64,000 nt of DNA from Desulfatiglandales bacterium (GCA_963662465.1 OY759599.1:5600001-5664000), one strand, 5' to 3'. Numbered from the stretch's first letter, positions 41,471 to 51,744 are shown. Notes: a model not told the origin generated them from the sequence alone. A program made the numbers and translations.

Positions 41471-41748
41471 TTCAATTTAGTTTCCAATGACTTTTCAATA
41501 TCGTTGAATACTTCTTCTTGCGATTTCACCTTTCCATTTCGCAGATCATTTTCACCTTGTGAAATTAGTTTTAATATGCCAATCGCATTTCGCATATCTT
41601 CATAACTTTTAATGTCTTGAAGGACTGCTCTGGGTTCACCATTTTGAGTAATAATTACAGGCCGATGGGTTGTGTTTATTTGGTTCAACAGATCAGCTGC
41701 TTTTGATTTTAAATATGTAACAGGTTTTATATCATCTATAATATGCAT
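41467..41748 (-). CDS. Phd/YefM family antitoxin
   Basis: DIKPVTYLK, RPVIITQNGEPRAVL; GGAGGTG RBS; overlaps toxin start. Confidence 0.92.
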   Translation of the reverse strand: MHIIDDIKPVTYLKSKAADLLNQINTTHRPVIITQNGEPRAVLQDIKSYEDMRNAIGILKLISQGENDLRNGKVKSQEEVFNDIEKSLETKLK

Positions 41749-41769
41749 TTCATCACCTCCATTCAGTCC

Positions 41770-41801
41770 GAATATAGTACCATCTTCAGACCGGACGTCA
41801 A
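41770..41801 (-). promoter_or_regulatory. Putative sigma70 promoter of the TA operon
   Basis: TTGACG then 16 nt then TACTAT on the minus strand, just upstream of the RBS. Confidence 0.55.
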
Positions 41802-41849
41802 GGTTATTTTGCTGACTGCCGGGTAGCCAGGGGCTCAAGCCTCCAGTAA

Positions 41850-42630
41850 GGTTTCCCTTATTACGTGGATTCCCAAGGTTGTAGAGAACGCCCATCATTT
41901 TTTGGGCTTTTCCTACCAGGCCAATATATCCATGCTGATTTCCTCCTTTGAGCTACCCAACATGCTGGGCGGCAACGCCCGGGTAGACCCGAATTCCGCG
42001 GGCGCTCAGAATACCTATGCGGCCAAAGGCGAAACGCCGCCGCCCTTTTCCATGGAACCGGAAAAAGCGACCCGTATTGTAAAAGAATGGGCCCGACACC
42101 TGGGCGCCGATCTGGTGGGCGTCTGCAAATATGGATCCCCGATGGGCCTACAGCCACAAGGGTGAGATCCATTACGGTGAGTGGAAAGAATGGGGCAGTG
42201 CCATTCCGGAACCGCTCCCCACACCCCGGCGGTGGTGGAAAGCGGATACAATTATGCCCGTGGCGCCTACATCACCACCATCCTGAGCCAGTGGTTTGGC
42301 CGCATGGGATACCGGGCCGTAGCCAAGCATAATCGTCATTATGACCTGCTCATGGTGCCCCTGGCCGTTGATGCGGGACTTGGGGAGCTGGGCCGGCAAG
42401 GATATCTCATAGCGGATAAATTTGGTCCCCGTATACAGCTCTTTGCGGTTCAAACAGACATGCCGCTTGTGCCGGACCTGCCTGTGGACCTGGGTGCGGA
42501 AAAATTCTATGAACGCTGCTTCAAATGCGCCGAATCCTGTCCCTCCCGCTCTATTCCCCGGGAGCGCCGAAAGACCGTTGAGCGAGGGCTTCTGCGCTGG
42601 AAACTTAATGATGACAGCTATTTTGATTAC
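41850..42630 (+). pseudogene. Reductive dehalogenase-domain (RdhA-like) fragments
   Basis: ARHLGADLVGVC, VPLAVDAGLGELGRQG, FGPRI..VQTDMPL.PD.PVDLG, (Y)ERCFKCAESCP; frameshifted, first cluster Cys replaced by Tyr, second cluster missing. Confidence 0.8.
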
Positions 42631-43347
42631 TTCGGAATTGATCCGGCATCCCTTTCCATTAACAAGATCACCTGCGCGGGGGAGCCCGGCGCGGGAATTC
42701 CCAGCACCAAGAAACGGATTGAGGAGGCCTGGGAAGCCAAGGTCTTTGATCATGCGGGGGCCACGGAGATCGGCGCCTGGTCTTTTGAGTGTGCGGATCA
42801 GCCTCACGGCATGCATGTGAACGAGGGACTCTTTCTGGTGGAGATCGAAGACCTGGAGACCGGAAAGATCATTGAAGAACCCGGGTATAGGGGCAAAATG
42901 ATCATCACAGCCCTGGATCGTCAGGCCCAACCCTGCGTCAGGTTCGACTCCAAGGATATTATCGAATGGGATCCCGACCCCTGCTCCTGCGGCAGAACCT
43001 TTCGGCTGATCAAGGGAGGCGTGGTGGGCCGGTCCGATGATATCACCAAGGTTAAGGGAGTACTCCTGGCGCCGTCCGCTATTGAGGAAGTGGTGCGGGA
43101 CATCGAAGGGCTGGGCGATGAATTTGAGGTGGTGGTGGACAAGATGGGAGACATGGATCGTATTGCCCTCAAGGTGGAATTGCTTCCCGGAACTGAAAAT
43201 CGACAAGAGGAAATCGAGGGTCAACTGGTGAATCAGCTCAGAAACAAAACCAATCTGAGGTATAACCTGAGCTTCCACGAATATGAATCACTCCCGAGAT
43301 ACGAAGTGAAGGCCAAGTGGTTCAAAGATTTGAGAAAAACCCATTAA
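42631..43347 (+). pseudogene. C-terminal half of phenylacetate-CoA ligase family protein
   Basis: CAGEPG, DHAGATE, GRSDDITKVKGV, LPRYEVKAK; fused in frame to the RdhA fragment. Confidence 0.85.
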
Positions 43348-43367
43348 AGAAAAAAGGGGGATGCAAC

Positions 43368-43544
43368 ATGTCTGAAATAGACCTTCAAGAGATCATTCGT
43401 AAAGTGCTTTCGCTGAAAGATATGGCCGAAGATGTCAATGGCCTTTCGGAGGATTTCCCCGCGGTTCGGCGGAATATCCGGCGCGTCATGGCCAGCATCA
43501 AAATGCCTGAAATCAATACGGTTGATTTGATTCAGGATAAATAG
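43368..43544 (+). CDS. Small hypothetical protein
   Basis: AGGGGG RBS, 58 aa, FPAVRRNIRRVMASIKM. Confidence 0.55.
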   Translation: MSEIDLQEIIRKVLSLKDMAEDVNGLSEDFPAVRRNIRRVMASIKMPEINTVDLIQDK

Positions 43545-43563
43545 TACCTTTTGATTCACGGCC

Positions 43564-43592
43564 CGTAGGGGCGGACCTATGTGTCCGCCCTT
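43564..43592. repeat. GTAG-type REP hairpin
   Basis: cgtaggggcggacctatgtgtccgccct between convergent genes. Confidence 0.7.
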
Positions 43593-43659
43593 TATACCTG
43601 CCTACATCATTTTTTTATATTGCACCCAGGCCGCCCAGCGACCGCGTCGGAAGGATCGG

Positions 43660-43881
43660 TTATTTTTTGGATGGCGCATCCGGAATTTCATTGTACTTTT
43701 TCACCTGCTGATCAGCGATCTTTCCGATATCTTTCTTCATTTTCTGGTACTGCTTAACGTCTTGGTTCCCAGTGACTTTGTCGACTACTTTTTCACCGCT
43801 ATCGCACCCGGCCAGGATAAAAATACCGGCCATCATCAGCAACAGTCCCATAAACAGGCCATTTAGGGTTATGCGTTTCAT
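43660..43881 (-). CDS. Small lipoprotein
   Basis: GGAGG RBS, MKR + hydrophobic stretch + LAGC lipobox. Confidence 0.8.
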   Translation of the reverse strand: MKRITLNGLFMGLLLMMAGIFILAGCDSGEKVVDKVTGNQDVKQYQKMKKDIGKIADQQVKKYNEIPDAPSKK

Positions 43882-44109
43882 TTTTAGGCTCCTCCTTAGA
43901 AAATAGGCGAATGCTCCCACAAGCGCTTAAATTTACCCATCGGCTGCCAATTCGCCTTCTGTTATTATTCTTTTTCCTTTATATAACATTTGTTTCATTT
44001 TATACTGAAAAAAGTAAATGATGGATCTTCAAATTTGGTTTTTTTGATGAACAAAGAAGCCCGAAGATAATTGCTCATCTCCGGGTTTCATAGACCGGAG
44101 GATATGCGT

Positions 44110-45423
44110 ATGAACAAAAGAAGAGGGAGAAACACCATAAGGGTTCTTGCACTGCTTTTTGCCTTTTCCTTTATGTTTTTCAGCCAGGCCGTTGCCGCTG
44201 AAAAAGCAGAGGATCTTCAGGTAAAAGGGCAGGTGAAAGCGGTTACAAACAAAGCCAAGACCGTATCTGTGAATGTCAAGGACAAAGGGGTCATGCTGTT
44301 TAAGTTTAACGACAGCACAAAGTTTATCAACTTTACCAAAACCAAGGAAATCAAATATCCCACGGCAGTGGTGGTTAAATATAAGGTTGAGGGGCCGAAC
44401 AATGTGGCCCTCTCCATCAAAAAGGCACTGATTTCTCTCCCCAATGGCGTGACGGAAATCAAGACCGACGACGTGGCCGCGCTGGTTGAAAAAGGGCCGG
44501 AAGCCGAGAACTACTTTCTGGTGGATGCCAGGCCGGCCACCGTCGCCTCCGCCGGACATATTCCCACGGCGGTTTCCATCCCCATTAATCTGCTGGAGAA
44601 AAAGGGCGCTGAGCTGCTGCCCCCGGACAAAAACAAGCTGCTCATTTTCTATTGCGGCGGCCCCACATGAGGCATGAGTCCTAAATCCGCCGGTCTGGCG
44701 AAAAAATGGGGCTACGAAAATGTCAAAGTGTATGTGCAGGGCATTCCCAACTGGAAAAAAACAGGACACCATACCGTTTCCACCGCTGACTACGTGAGAA
44801 CGGCCAACATCGTTTTAATCGACCTGAGGGCGCCCGCTGCCGTCACCGCAGGCCATATCCCCCGGGCCGTCAGCATCCCCGCCGGCAAGCTTGACGCAGC
44901 CAAAGATCAATTTCCAGAGTCCCTCACCGCACCCATTGTTTTTTATTCCGACAACATGGCGGAATCCATAAAGGCCGTGGAAACCGCTCGTGGATGGCGG
45001 TATAAGAATGTCACCCTGTTGGATTTCCCGGGCATTATTTCATGGAAAGAAAAGGGATACGATGTCAAGACGGGTCCCGCCGCCGAGGAAATCGTTTATG
45101 TGAGGAAGCTGGAACCCGGACAGATCAGCATTGCCAATTTTGAAGCGGCGTTAAAAACCCAGGCCATTACGGTCATTGATGTTCGTGGCCCCGCGGAGTA
45201 TGCCGCGGGACACTTCCCCGGCGCCATGAATATTTCCCTTGATGAACTGCCCACAAAGATAGGCGAAATCCCCCGGGATAAGTTTGTCATCGTCCATTGC
45301 AAGACCGGCGTCCGCGGGGAAATGGCCTATCTGCTCCTCAAGGAGAAGGGGTATGACGTGAAATATCTCAAGGCCGGTTGCCGGTGCAAATCGGATGGTA
45401 CCTATATGATCTGGGAAATGTAG
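44110..45423 (+). CDS. Exported multi-rhodanese selenoprotein (437 aa, Sec at codon 187)
   Basis: ORFs 44071..44670 and 44674..45423 are in one frame separated by a single TGA in IFYCGGPT*GMSPKSA; signal peptide; three rhodanese domains; SECIS hairpin follows. Confidence 0.88.
44668..44716 (+). promoter_or_regulatory. Bacterial SECIS element
   Basis: TGA..agtcc taaatc cgcc-ggtct-ggcg aaaaaatg gggct: apical stem with G-leading loop about 20 nt after UGA, plus lower stem. Confidence 0.78.
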
Positions 45424-45446
45424 CCCAACGAATCCAACCTTGATTT

Positions 45447-45480
45447 TCCCCGCCGCCTTTAAGGGACGGGGTTTTTTTTG
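45447..45480 (+). terminator. Rho-independent terminator
   Basis: ccccg..cggggttttttttg after the rhodanese gene. Confidence 0.75.
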
Positions 45481-45486
45481 AGCGGT

Positions 45487-45519
45487 TTCCGGTTCCCATG
45501 CCGGTGCGTGGGAACCGGA
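45487..45519. repeat. REP-like palindrome
   Basis: tccggttcccatgc-cggt-gcgtgggaaccgga. Confidence 0.65.
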
Positions 45520-45558
45520 CGAACGGCCCATCAGCATCACCATCTGAACTTTTTTGCC

Positions 45559-45587
45559 TTGACGGTTTAATTTGTAATAATTATAAA
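45559..45587 (+). promoter_or_regulatory. Putative sigma70 promoter of yeeE-like gene
   Basis: TTGACG-17 nt-TATAAA, then GGAGG RBS. Confidence 0.55.
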
Positions 45588-45637
45588 CCCATAGAACTCA
45601 ATCAGGACAAAGACCTTAACACTCTTGGAGGATTGCC

Positions 45638-46825
45638 ATGACTGAAGAAAAGGAAGAAAGCGTGATGGGGGGCATTCTGAAACGTTCCTACGCCATCGTA
45701 TTTTACGAAAACTGGCCCATCCGGCTGGGGGGCATCCTCATCGGCATCATGAGCGTGCTGACCTTTGCCTGGGCCAGGCCATGGGGCGTTGTGGGAGGCC
45801 TTAGAAACTGGGCGGACTGGGTTTTTCATCAAGTGGGGCTCTACGACAAGGCCCCCGTTTCTCCGCTTATTTCCACCAACTCGATCCTGACCCTGGGGCT
45901 CCTCTGGGGGGCCTTCGGTGCGGCGCTCCTGTCCAAGCAGTTCGCCATTCGCAAGGCCCCCGGTCGTGAATTGATCAAAGGGGTGGTGGGCGGCTGCTTC
46001 ATGGGCGTCGGTTCCGCCATGGCCGGCGGCTGCAACGTGGGCGGTTTCTATATCGCCAGCAGCGCCCTCTCCTTTGCGGGGCTTGCCATGCTGGTGGGCT
46101 TGATTGCCGGCGCTTACCTGGGGCTGCGATACCTTTACTGGGAAATGATGCACCTGCCCTCGTCACCGCCCAAAGGCGGCGGCGCCAAAAAAGTCAACCT
46201 CCTGTTCCTGGAACCCTATATCGGCGCCGTGGTTTTCCTGGGCGCCCTGGCAGCCACATGGTTCTATGCCCGGGAAGCCTATACACGGGTGGGAGGGCTG
46301 CTGTTGTGCGGCATCGCCTTCGGCATCATCATTCAGCGAACCCGGTTCTGTTTTGTCCGTTGCTTCCGAGATCCTTTCATGACCGGGGAAGGGGACATGG
46401 TCAAGGCCGTCGCCTTCAGCATAATCATCGGCGTCTTAGGCTTCGCGGCCCTCAAATGGACCGGCCTCAGGCCGGAAAATGCCTATGTAACCCCCACCTT
46501 CTGGTTCGGGAGTCTTGTGGGGGGCGTCATCTTCGGCTTCGGCATGCTCATCTCGGGCGGCTGTGGGTCCGGAAGCGTATGGCGAGCCGGAGAGGGACAC
46601 GTCAAACTCATGGTGGTAGTGATCTTTTTTGCAGCCACCAACTCCCTGTTCAAGACTTTGATCAATTCGTCGTCGGGTTTCAAGGCCCTCTTGGGAAAAC
46701 GGGCCTTCATGCCGGATGTCATGGGATACAAATGGGCGGTAATTGCCCTAATTGTCATTTTCCTGCTCTACGCCCTGATTGCCCAGTGGAATGAGGAAAC
46801 AGATAAATTCACCGTTGAAATGTGA
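45638..46825 (+). CDS. YeeE/YedE sulfur-compound (thiosulfate-type) transporter
   Basis: Multi-TM; AGGCNVG, QRTRFCF, GGCGSG conserved Cys motifs. Confidence 0.9.
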   Translation: MTEEKEESVMGGILKRSYAIVFYENWPIRLGGILIGIMSVLTFAWARPWGVVGGLRNWADWVFHQVGLYDKAPVSPLISTNSILTLGLLWGAFGAALLSKQFAIRKAPGRELIKGVVGGCFMGVGSAMAGGCNVGGFYIASSALSFAGLAMLVGLIAGAYLGLRYLYWEMMHLPSSPPKGGGAKKVNLLFLEPYIGAVVFLGALAATWFYAREAYTRVGGLLLCGIAFGIIIQRTRFCFVRCFRDPFMTGEGDMVKAVAFSIIIGVLGFAALKWTGLRPENAYVTPTFWFGSLVGGVIFGFGMLISGGCGSGSVWRAGEGHVKLMVVVIFFAATNSLFKTLINSSSGFKALLGKRAFMPDVMGYKWAVIALIVIFLLYALIAQWNEETDKFTVEM

Positions 46826-46898
46826 TGCTGGTTTTTCCTTTTCCTTACCCTTTTTTTTTGATATTCTTGTGAGAATAAAACTTTTTTGGAGGGTCACA

Positions 46899-47753
46899 GT
46901 GGTCAATACATGGAAATTTTGCAAAAAAGCAACCGTCTCCTTTTTAATAGCCTTTGTTTTAGCCCTCATTTCACCCATGGCAACGTTGGCCCTTGAAAAA
47001 AAACTGACCAATTCCCTGGGTATGGAATTTGTTCTGATTCCGACCGGAACATTCACCATGGGCAGCCCGCTGAATGAACCCGGACGAGATCGAGATGAAG
47101 TGATGCATACCGCCGAAATTAGCCGGCCTTTTTATTTGCAGACCACCGAAGTGACGGTCAAGCAATGGCGTGATATCATGGGAAGATCCTTTTTTGGCCG
47201 CAAAAGAGGATCTGACAATATGCCCGTGGTGAGGATTTCCTGGCAGGACTGCATTAAATTCATCAAAAAACTGAATGCCCGCAACGACGGCATCTACCGA
47301 CTTCCCACCGAGGCGGAATGGGAATACGCGTGCAGGACCGGCAATCATACGGCCTACAGCACAGGCGACAACATCAGTTGCGACCGTGCCATGTATGCCA
47401 ACAACACCCTGAAAAGTGCGGATTGCGTGAAGGTCGTGGAATCAAAAGGACTGCCGCCGGATGAGCCGGCCCCGGTAAAAAGCTATGCGCCCAACGCCCT
47501 GGGGCTCTACGACATGCACGGAAATGTCTGGGAATGGTGCGAGGACTGGTATCATCCCTACAAAACAGATGTTGCCGTAAAGCCCCAAGCCCAGGGTGAA
47601 ACCCCATCCATTGAAACTGGAACCGATAAAGTGCGAAGGGGGGGAAGCTGGTACGGAACCGATACTAGGTGCCGCTGCGCCAATCGGAATTTCAGTCATT
47701 TTGCCAACCGATATCAAACCACGGGGTTTCGGCTGGTGCGAGAAGTAAAATAA
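46899..47753 (+). CDS. Formylglycine-generating enzyme (SUMF1)-domain exported protein
   Basis: NSLGMEFVLIPTGTFTMGS, RLPTEAEWEYACR, GLYDMHGNVWEW, GFRLV; signal peptide. Confidence 0.9.
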   Translation: MVNTWKFCKKATVSFLIAFVLALISPMATLALEKKLTNSLGMEFVLIPTGTFTMGSPLNEPGRDRDEVMHTAEISRPFYLQTTEVTVKQWRDIMGRSFFGRKRGSDNMPVVRISWQDCIKFIKKLNARNDGIYRLPTEAEWEYACRTGNHTAYSTGDNISCDRAMYANNTLKSADCVKVVESKGLPPDEPAPVKSYAPNALGLYDMHGNVWEWCEDWYHPYKTDVAVKPQAQGETPSIETGTDKVRRGGSWYGTDTRCRCANRNFSHFANRYQTTGFRLVREVK

Positions 47754-47786
47754 TTCTAGAAATCTGTGAAAGGAACATGAGCTGCT

Positions 47787-48923
47787 ATGAGACTCCATGA
47801 ATATGAAGGGGCGGATATTTTTGAAAGCATGAAGATCCCGGTACCGAGACGAGATGTCGCGGAATCCGTGGAAGATGCCGTGCGAATCGCGGGAGAAATC
47901 GGATACCCGGTGATTCTCAAGGCCCAGGTGCTGGTGGGAGGCCGAGGCCTGGCCGGGGGTATCAAGACCGCCCACAATCCGGAAGAACTCGAAGATCTGG
48001 CGGGAGATCTTTTTGGAAGCCATATCAAGGGACTCAAGGTCCGTAAGATCCTGGTGAGTGAAAAGGCCGATATTGTCAAAGAATTGTATATCGGCATCAC
48101 CATTGACGGATATTCGGGAAAACCGGTGGTGGTGGCCAGCACCGAAGGCGGCGTTCACATCGAGGCGGTAGCGGAAATGTCTCCTGATAAGATTGCCTCA
48201 TTTCATGTGGACCCCGGTTTCGGATTTTATCCCTATCATGCGCGGAACCTTTTCAGAAAACTCGGACTCTCCCAGCGCACCTTGATTTCATGCGCGGATG
48301 TGACCGTACAACTGTACAAGATCTTCACCCGCCTTGAAGCCCTTCAGGTGGAAATCAACCCCCTGGCGTTGCTGTCCAACGGCGGCGTAATGGCCGTGGA
48401 TTCGGTCCTGGAAATTGATAATTCCGCCCTTTCGAGAATCAAACATCCCCTTCCCGATTACTGGCAACGGATTGAAAACTCCCTGGAACGCAGGGGCAAG
48501 GAAATTGGCGTGACTTACGTGGACCTGGACGGAGACATCGGTCTGATCAGCTCAGGCGCCGGTTTGGGCATGGCCAGCATGGACATTATCGGACAGCAAC
48601 TTAGTCCCGCCAATTTCCTGGAAACCGGCGGAGGCATTACCGCCCAACTGCTCTACAAATGCATGGATCTGGTGACCACCAAAAAACGTATCAGAGGTCT
48701 GCTGATCAATATTTACGGCGGCATCAATCCAATCCATGAGGGCGCCAAAGGCGTGGTTCAATATATTAAGGACAACCATCTGACCATCCCCATCGTGGCC
48801 AAGGCCCTGGGAAATCATCAGGAGGAAACATGGGAGATTCTTCGCTCGGGCGGGGTCCATGTGGTAACCGATGCGGCTACTGAAGTGGCTGTTGCGCGAC
48901 TGGTTGAACTGGTAGGGACATAG
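47787..48923 (+). CDS. sucC: Succinate-CoA ligase beta subunit-like
   Basis: MRLHEYEG, KAQVLVGGRG, EINPL, GAGLGMASMD, ANFLETGGG. Confidence 0.85.
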   Translation: MRLHEYEGADIFESMKIPVPRRDVAESVEDAVRIAGEIGYPVILKAQVLVGGRGLAGGIKTAHNPEELEDLAGDLFGSHIKGLKVRKILVSEKADIVKELYIGITIDGYSGKPVVVASTEGGVHIEAVAEMSPDKIASFHVDPGFGFYPYHARNLFRKLGLSQRTLISCADVTVQLYKIFTRLEALQVEINPLALLSNGGVMAVDSVLEIDNSALSRIKHPLPDYWQRIENSLERRGKEIGVTYVDLDGDIGLISSGAGLGMASMDIIGQQLSPANFLETGGGITAQLLYKCMDLVTTKKRIRGLLINIYGGINPIHEGAKGVVQYIKDNHLTIPIVAKALGNHQEETWEILRSGGVHVVTDAATEVAVARLVELVGT

Positions 48924-48997
48924 ACGATTTGCACCGGACACGAGAGATGACGGTTATCGGTTTACGGTTACACAAACGAAAATATTGAGGATTTACA

Positions 48998-49870
48998 ATG
49001 AGCATATTTATGAATGACCATACCCGGGTCATTGTTCAGGGAATCACTGGAAAGATCGGCAGCGTACAAACGCGCTGGATGTTGGAATACGGAACGGCCG
49101 TGGTGGGTGGCGTAACGCCCGGAAAAGGGGGAAAGACCGTTGAGGGATTGCCGGTTTTTGACAGTGTGGAAGAGGCCGTAAAAGAAACCGGGGCCAATGC
49201 CTCCGTTTTTTTTGTGCCGGCCGCCTTTGTGCTGGATGCCTTTTATGAAACAGTGGATGCGGGCGTCGAACTGATCGTGATCGTTCCGGAACATGTGCCT
49301 GTACACGATGTCATGAAAATGCGGGCCTATTTAGAGGGCAAAAGCGTTGTGGCCCTGGGGCCTACCACGCCGGGGATTCTGGTTCCCGGAAAAGGAAAAA
49401 TGGGCATCATGCCCGCGTCGCTCTTTGCCCCCGGTCGAGCCGGCATCATTTCCAGAAGCGGCACCCTTTCCTATGAATTCGCGGGCATCCTGTCTGAAAA
49501 AAACGTCGGACAGAGTACGGTCGTGGGCATGGGGGCCGATCCGGTTGTACTGACCAATCTGTCCGATATCCTCAGGCGTTTTGAAAAAGACGATGACACC
49601 GGAGGCGTAATTATCGTGGGAGAAGTGGGCGGAGACCAGGAAGAACAGGCGGCCGAATTTATCTCTACACGCATGAAAAAACCTGTCGCCGCCTATATTG
49701 CCGGACGTTTCTCACCTCAGGGAAAACGCATGGGACATGCGGGGGCTATCGTGCGAGGTTCAGCGGGGACGGTGGAAGGGAAATGCGAGGCGCTTCAAGC
49801 CGCCGGCGTTACGGTGCTGGAAAGCCCTGCGGCGGTCGCCGATTGGGCCATTGAAAATCACCTTCAGTAA
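48998..49870 (+). CDS. sucD: Succinate-CoA ligase alpha subunit-like
   Basis: VQGITG, GVTPGKGG, SRSGTLSYE, RMGHAGA. Confidence 0.9.
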   Translation: MSIFMNDHTRVIVQGITGKIGSVQTRWMLEYGTAVVGGVTPGKGGKTVEGLPVFDSVEEAVKETGANASVFFVPAAFVLDAFYETVDAGVELIVIVPEHVPVHDVMKMRAYLEGKSVVALGPTTPGILVPGKGKMGIMPASLFAPGRAGIISRSGTLSYEFAGILSEKNVGQSTVVGMGADPVVLTNLSDILRRFEKDDDTGGVIIVGEVGGDQEEQAAEFISTRMKKPVAAYIAGRFSPQGKRMGHAGAIVRGSAGTVEGKCEALQAAGVTVLESPAAVADWAIENHLQ

Positions 49871-49921
49871 ACCGATTTTAACCGGTTGTTTTTAATCGAG
49901 AGCGGGTCAAAAGAAAAAGCA

Positions 49922-50809
49922 ATGGCGGATATCAAAACCTGGTTTCTGGCCACGAGGCCCTGGTCCTTTTCCATGTCGGCCATTTCCGTCACCATCGGTT
50001 CGGTGTGGGGCGTGCAAAGCGGATTTTCCTTTGGGGGCTATTTTCTGGCGTTGCTGGGGATGGTAGCCCTGCATGGCGCCACGAATTTACTGAACGACTA
50101 TTATGATGTGAAAAACGAGGTGGACACGCCGACGGCCCCGACGGTCAAATACCGACCCCATCCCCTGGTGGAAAATACCGTCGGACTGCGGCAGGTGCTG
50201 GCTTTTTCACTGGTCCTTTATGCTATCGGCATTGCCGCGGGCTGGTATCTGACCGCCACGCGCGGCTGGCCAATCCTGCTGATCGGGGTCGTCGGGGTTC
50301 TGACGGCCATTTCCTATACCGCACCGCCCCTCAATCTCAAATACCATGCCCTGGGAGAACCTGCGGTATTTCTGTTATGGGGCCCCCTGGCCATGGTGGG
50401 CGCCCATTACGTTCAAACCCAGCGTGTTGATCCCGCTATTTTACTGGTATCGCTCCCCTTCGGAATCCTGGTGGGCCTGGTGCTGTTGGCCAACAACATT
50501 CGGGACATGGCTTTTGACAAAAAGCAGGGCATCAAGACCCTGCCCGTACTTCTGGGAGGACACGGAGGACGTCTGGTTTATGGCGGGCTCATCTTCGCCG
50601 CCTTTCTGGGGATGGCACTCATGAGCCTTTTGGGCCCCTTGAGCTATTGGTCCCTTCTGGTCCTTCTAGCCCTGCCCCTGGTAAGACCTGTTTTCCGCAT
50701 TGTATCGGGAGATTGCCCGCCCGATGCGGACGCCCGAACCGCCAAGCTGGATACGGCCTTTGGGGTCCTGCTCCTGATTTCCCTTCTGTTAGAGAGATGT
50801 TTCGGATAA
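49922..50809 (+). CDS. menA: MenA/UbiA-family prenyltransferase
   Basis: ATRPWSF, NLLNDYYD..VD, LKYHALGE, LANNIRD..D..GIKTL. Confidence 0.8.
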   Translation: MADIKTWFLATRPWSFSMSAISVTIGSVWGVQSGFSFGGYFLALLGMVALHGATNLLNDYYDVKNEVDTPTAPTVKYRPHPLVENTVGLRQVLAFSLVLYAIGIAAGWYLTATRGWPILLIGVVGVLTAISYTAPPLNLKYHALGEPAVFLLWGPLAMVGAHYVQTQRVDPAILLVSLPFGILVGLVLLANNIRDMAFDKKQGIKTLPVLLGGHGGRLVYGGLIFAAFLGMALMSLLGPLSYWSLLVLLALPLVRPVFRIVSGDCPPDADARTAKLDTAFGVLLLISLLLERCFG

Positions 50810-51432
50810 CCAAAGACGATACGGACCTGTTCCCGCTGATGCTGTGCATGGGCGTCGCCGCCGTTTGCTGGTTTTTTGCCTTTTTTGTGCCCTACGGCAA
50901 CTTCTGGATTAAAATCAGCGCGTCGGCCCTCTGCCTGACCATTCTTGCGGTTATTTTCGGGGGATGGCCACTGACGTTCAAGGATCTGGATGGACGCGCT
51001 TTCCTGTGGGGAATCCTTTCCGCCCTGTGCCTTTATGGCATTTTCCTGGCGGGAAACACCGTCTCGAACATTATCTTTCCTTTTGCCGGGGACCAGGTGG
51101 CCGCCATCTACGCCAAGGGGGAAAACACCCCCGGATGGGCCATCGGCCTCCTATTGCTTTTTGTCACCAGCCCCGCCGAGGAGATTTTCTGGCGGGGATT
51201 TCTTCAGCGCCGCCTGATGCTTCGCCTGGGGTCCTTCTGGGGATGGATTATCGCATCCGTTCTTTATGCCGCCGTGCATATCTCTTCCCTGAATTTCATG
51301 CTTGTGGGCGCGGCAGGGGTTGCCGGCCTATTCTGGGGACTCCTGTATTGGCGACTTAAGACCCTCTGGCCCGTGGTGATATCCCATGCCGTCTGGACCT
51401 GCCTCGCGTTTGCGGTGGCCCCCATTCATTGA
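50797..51432 (+). CDS. CPBP (CAAX/Abi) intramembrane metalloprotease
   Basis: AEEIFWRG, YAAVH, SHAVW. Confidence 0.88.
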   Translation: MFRITKDDTDLFPLMLCMGVAAVCWFFAFFVPYGNFWIKISASALCLTILAVIFGGWPLTFKDLDGRAFLWGILSALCLYGIFLAGNTVSNIIFPFAGDQVAAIYAKGENTPGWAIGLLLLFVTSPAEEIFWRGFLQRRLMLRLGSFWGWIIASVLYAAVHISSLNFMLVGAAGVAGLFWGLLYWRLKTLWPVVISHAVWTCLAFAVAPIH

Positions 51433-51529
51433 CCCATCCCGGCCCGGCCGCTATCTTGAGGAGAAGACTCGTACCCCGGGGTCTTTTTGACCCTAACAAC
51501 CCGTTTTCCATTTTCGACAGGATGTCCGA

Positions 51530-51616
51530 AGGAAGCTTTTCCAATTCTTCCTCGTATTTTTCCTGCATTCGAATGGAATTTTCCAATTCTTCTTTCAATA
51601 CGCCTTTTATTGCCAT
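51530..51616 (-). pseudogene. 5' fragment of a small hypothetical gene
   Basis: MAIKGVLKEELENSIRMQEKYEEELEKLP then unrelated sequence. Confidence 0.4.
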
Positions 51617-51744
51617 AGCAATTCCCTTGGTTACCATACAAAGAAGATATTACAGCAATTCGTATGGTAACCCCAAGGCCACGAGAAAAACACCTTAAAC
51701 GTTCATAGCACCGGTAATTTCAGAATTTCCGGTTTATTCCCAAT

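Noticed and set aside
44674..45423. Separate rhodanese gene starting at ATG 44674
   Set aside because: No RBS, starts mid-domain; better explained by Sec read-through
51470..51530. Possible IS terminal remnant truncating a small gene
   Set aside because: No partner inverted repeat or transposase in the window; cannot be supported
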